Below, one piece after another: positions 62,040 through 64,000 of a stretch of DNA of 64,000 nucleotides (the first letter of the stretch is position 1; each line of letters opens with the position of its first letter). This DNA is from a virus. The stretch is taken from positions 14,661-78,660 of the IMG/VR virus record IMGVR_UViG_3300036828_000547; one strand, 5' to 3'. Position numbers and translations under genes: made by a program. Below the pieces are notes generated by a model. The model saw only the letters and a list, made by a program, of their open reading frames with translations, was not told the DNA's origin and searched no databases.

Positions 62040-62267
62040 AGTAGTCTCCTGTGTTGGCCTCTCGGGCCGGGTTAGGGTTTGTCGGTTGACCAACCCTGCA
62101 AATTACTTTACAGGGTTTTTTGACGATCCGCCATATACTTTACAGCATAGATGCAAAATATTTTTGCATGGATGATCATCGACAGCTTTTCTCTTGAAAA
62201 TGATCAACAAGTTTTTTCTCAAGAAAAAGAGCCACGACCCTTAGATCGTGGCTCGTTGGTGATTTTC

Positions 62268-62809
62268 TTAGCGAATTTCTTTTCCGCCTTCTTTATGTTC
62301 TTTGCCTTTGATGTGCTGTGACCAGCGGCCGAACGGCAACCACCGATCACAAATGTCACACCGGACGAAGAGTCTGTGCTTGCTGACCTTGACGCGATGG
62401 CCATTGTAAACGCGAGGTTCCTTTGCTGGTTCACACTTGAACAAGGCACCACCGATCTCGCGCGGTGCAAACCCTTCCTTGGGAAGATGACCCCCTGGAG
62501 GAATGCCAAGGGCAGGATAGAGATGATAATGTTGCATGAAGCGACCGTATTGATCTTTGATCATAGTGATTTTCCTTGGTGATGCGGAAGTGCATCGTGC
62601 TGCCCTCCGAAGAGGGCAGAGTCGATGGACTAAGCGTGATGCCACCAACGACCAATCTTGGCGACTACGAGGAGGACGATGCCGCCTAAGACAGCGCCAC
62701 CATCATGCGCCACGAATAGGCCACCAAATATCAAGCAGAGACTGAGCATCCATAGAAGTTTCCACGTTTTGCCAGTCTGTTGGATCGTTACATATTTTCC
62801 GTCGTTCAT
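62268..62809 (-). CDS. Two small genes: C2H2-like Zn-finger (62268-62564) and 2-TM membrane protein (62630-62809)
   Basis: Both are preceded by AAGGAAAATCAC; CDIC...H....H in the first; hydrophobic helices in the second. Confidence 0.5.
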
Positions 62810-63142
62810 TGTGATTTTCCTTTGATCTTGGATGGTGGGCGGGTTAAGATGTAGCAACACCGGATGCCTGATATGAGTTTCATGGCATCGCGTGCGGCGC
62901 GCAATGTGCGAAATCGCACATCTGTGATCGTGCCATCGTGCTCTATGAATCGTACTACGGTCATTGCGTAATCCTGACGCCAGCCTCACGACACGCCATG
63001 AGTATCGCCTCTGTTAAGATCTCAGGGGCAATACCTTGAGCCTTAAGCTCTAGCAGGGTCGTAGCTAGCCGCGAGTATGCTTTCGCCAGATCTACACTTA
63101 GCTTTGGTTTTGTGGTCATAGGAATTTTCCTTGGCTGGAGGT

Positions 63143-63173
63143 AAAAAAGTAGGGGCGGCCGGAGCCGCCCCTA
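63143..63173 (-). terminator. Intrinsic terminator
   Basis: TAGGGGCGGC-CGGA-GCCGCCCCTA with a U-tract on the minus strand. Confidence 0.7.
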
Positions 63174-63184
63174 GAGGTACCGCA

Positions 63185-63511
63185 TTACCCGAGGGTAATG
63201 AAGCCATGCTGCAAATCCCAGCGCAAGTCATTGCGCGCCAGCACGCCGGGAAGGTTTGCCGCTTTGTAAGCAGCCACGAATTGATCGACCGTGATACCGA
63301 CCTTGTAGAACTGGTTGTAGCGGACGGCCGACTTAGAATTGCCCTTTTTGGCGTTTGCCACGAAGGACGAAATTACCGCGCTACCCGGGATGGCTGCGAC
63401 GGATGCATACCGAGCCTGCTTTGCCGCGACGAGCGTGGCGACCGCAAGGATGGGATGCACTGCGGGAGCAGTGGTAACAGGAGCGGGGGAAGCCTTTTTG
63501 GATGTTGCCAT
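63185..63511 (-). CDS. DLRWD-family protein
   Basis: RYNQFYKVGITV.QF...ARNDLRWDLQHG; start MATSKK. Confidence 0.7.
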   Translation of the reverse strand: MATSKKASPAPVTTAPAVHPILAVATLVAAKQARYASVAAIPGSAVISSFVANAKKGNSKSAVRYNQFYKVGITVDQFVAAYKAANLPGVLARNDLRWDLQHGFITLG

Positions 63512-64000
63512 AATGATACACCTTGGTTGAATGGGCGGGCGGCGGTATTGCCCCCGACCCATGCAAAACACTTTACAGGCCAATTGTGGCAAGATTGTGG
63601 CGTGCAATATGCTTTACACGCAACATTGTTGCGTTGTTTGAGGTGTTTTTGTAATAAAAATGTTATTTTAGACTATTATACGCAATATTATTGCTCTACG
63701 CAACATTATTGCGTATATGCACATGAAAATGTAATTATGTTACGTATTTAGCCCGAACAAAGCAATATAATTGCTCAAAATAATTCGGTAATGTTATTGC
63801 GAAGATGGACCTGTATTCGCAACAAAATTTCACAGTCAAATTCCGTCTGTCGCCTATATACCTATCAGACAACTGAGACTTCAAAAACCGATTTTATATT
63901 GAGATCCAAAACCAGACCCTACCCCAATACCTCCGGTCCCCAGTCCACTCCCCAAAAACCGAGAACCCCTCCCCCCGTACCCTTACTCCACTCTCTTATA

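Noticed and set aside
63131-63751. 206-aa + strand ORF
   Set aside because: Antisense shadow of the DLRWD gene; it crosses a terminator and promoter motifs.
1-64000. tRNA/rRNA genes, integrase, capsid/terminase genes
   Set aside because: None recognised by eye; the head and packaging genes are presumably outside the window.

Overview
A 64-kb piece of a tailed dsDNA phage genome, probably a myovirus with a contractile tail. No host genes, rRNA, tRNA or canonical CRISPR array were found. Layout: (i) 1-23.9 kb, + strand: tail fibre, neck, sheath, tube, chaperone, two tape-measure-like genes, baseplate, fibres and an amidase endolysin. (ii) 24-42.3 kb, - strand: SNF2-like and UvrD-like helicases, family A DNA polymerase, exonuclease, SSB-like protein and a thymidine-modification cluster (5hmdU DNA kinase-like, glycosyltransferase, dUMP-type thymidylate synthase homologue, HD hydrolase, DUF3310). 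(iii) 42.4-57.4 kb: many small accessory ORFs. (iv) 57.5-64 kb: AEP-type primase, NusG paralogue, an origin-like GTACA repeat cluster and small paralogous genes. The most striking element is 50576-52144. It is a ~900-nt non-coding array of about 176 pentamers (a variable dinucleotide followed by a near-invariant GGY triplet, in perfect register) lying directly upstream of a stand-alone 211-aa gene with Cas7/RAMP-like motifs. It is a candidate minimal RNA-guided system in which the NN positions would carry the guide information. Other notable structure: a ~14-bp operator-like motif at 17 or more intergenic sites, 23-bp perfect inverted repeats flanking a DUF3631-like ATPase gene, and a proline-rich moron with its own promoter and terminator inside the tail operon. 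All product calls come from reading motifs by eye; no database search was run.
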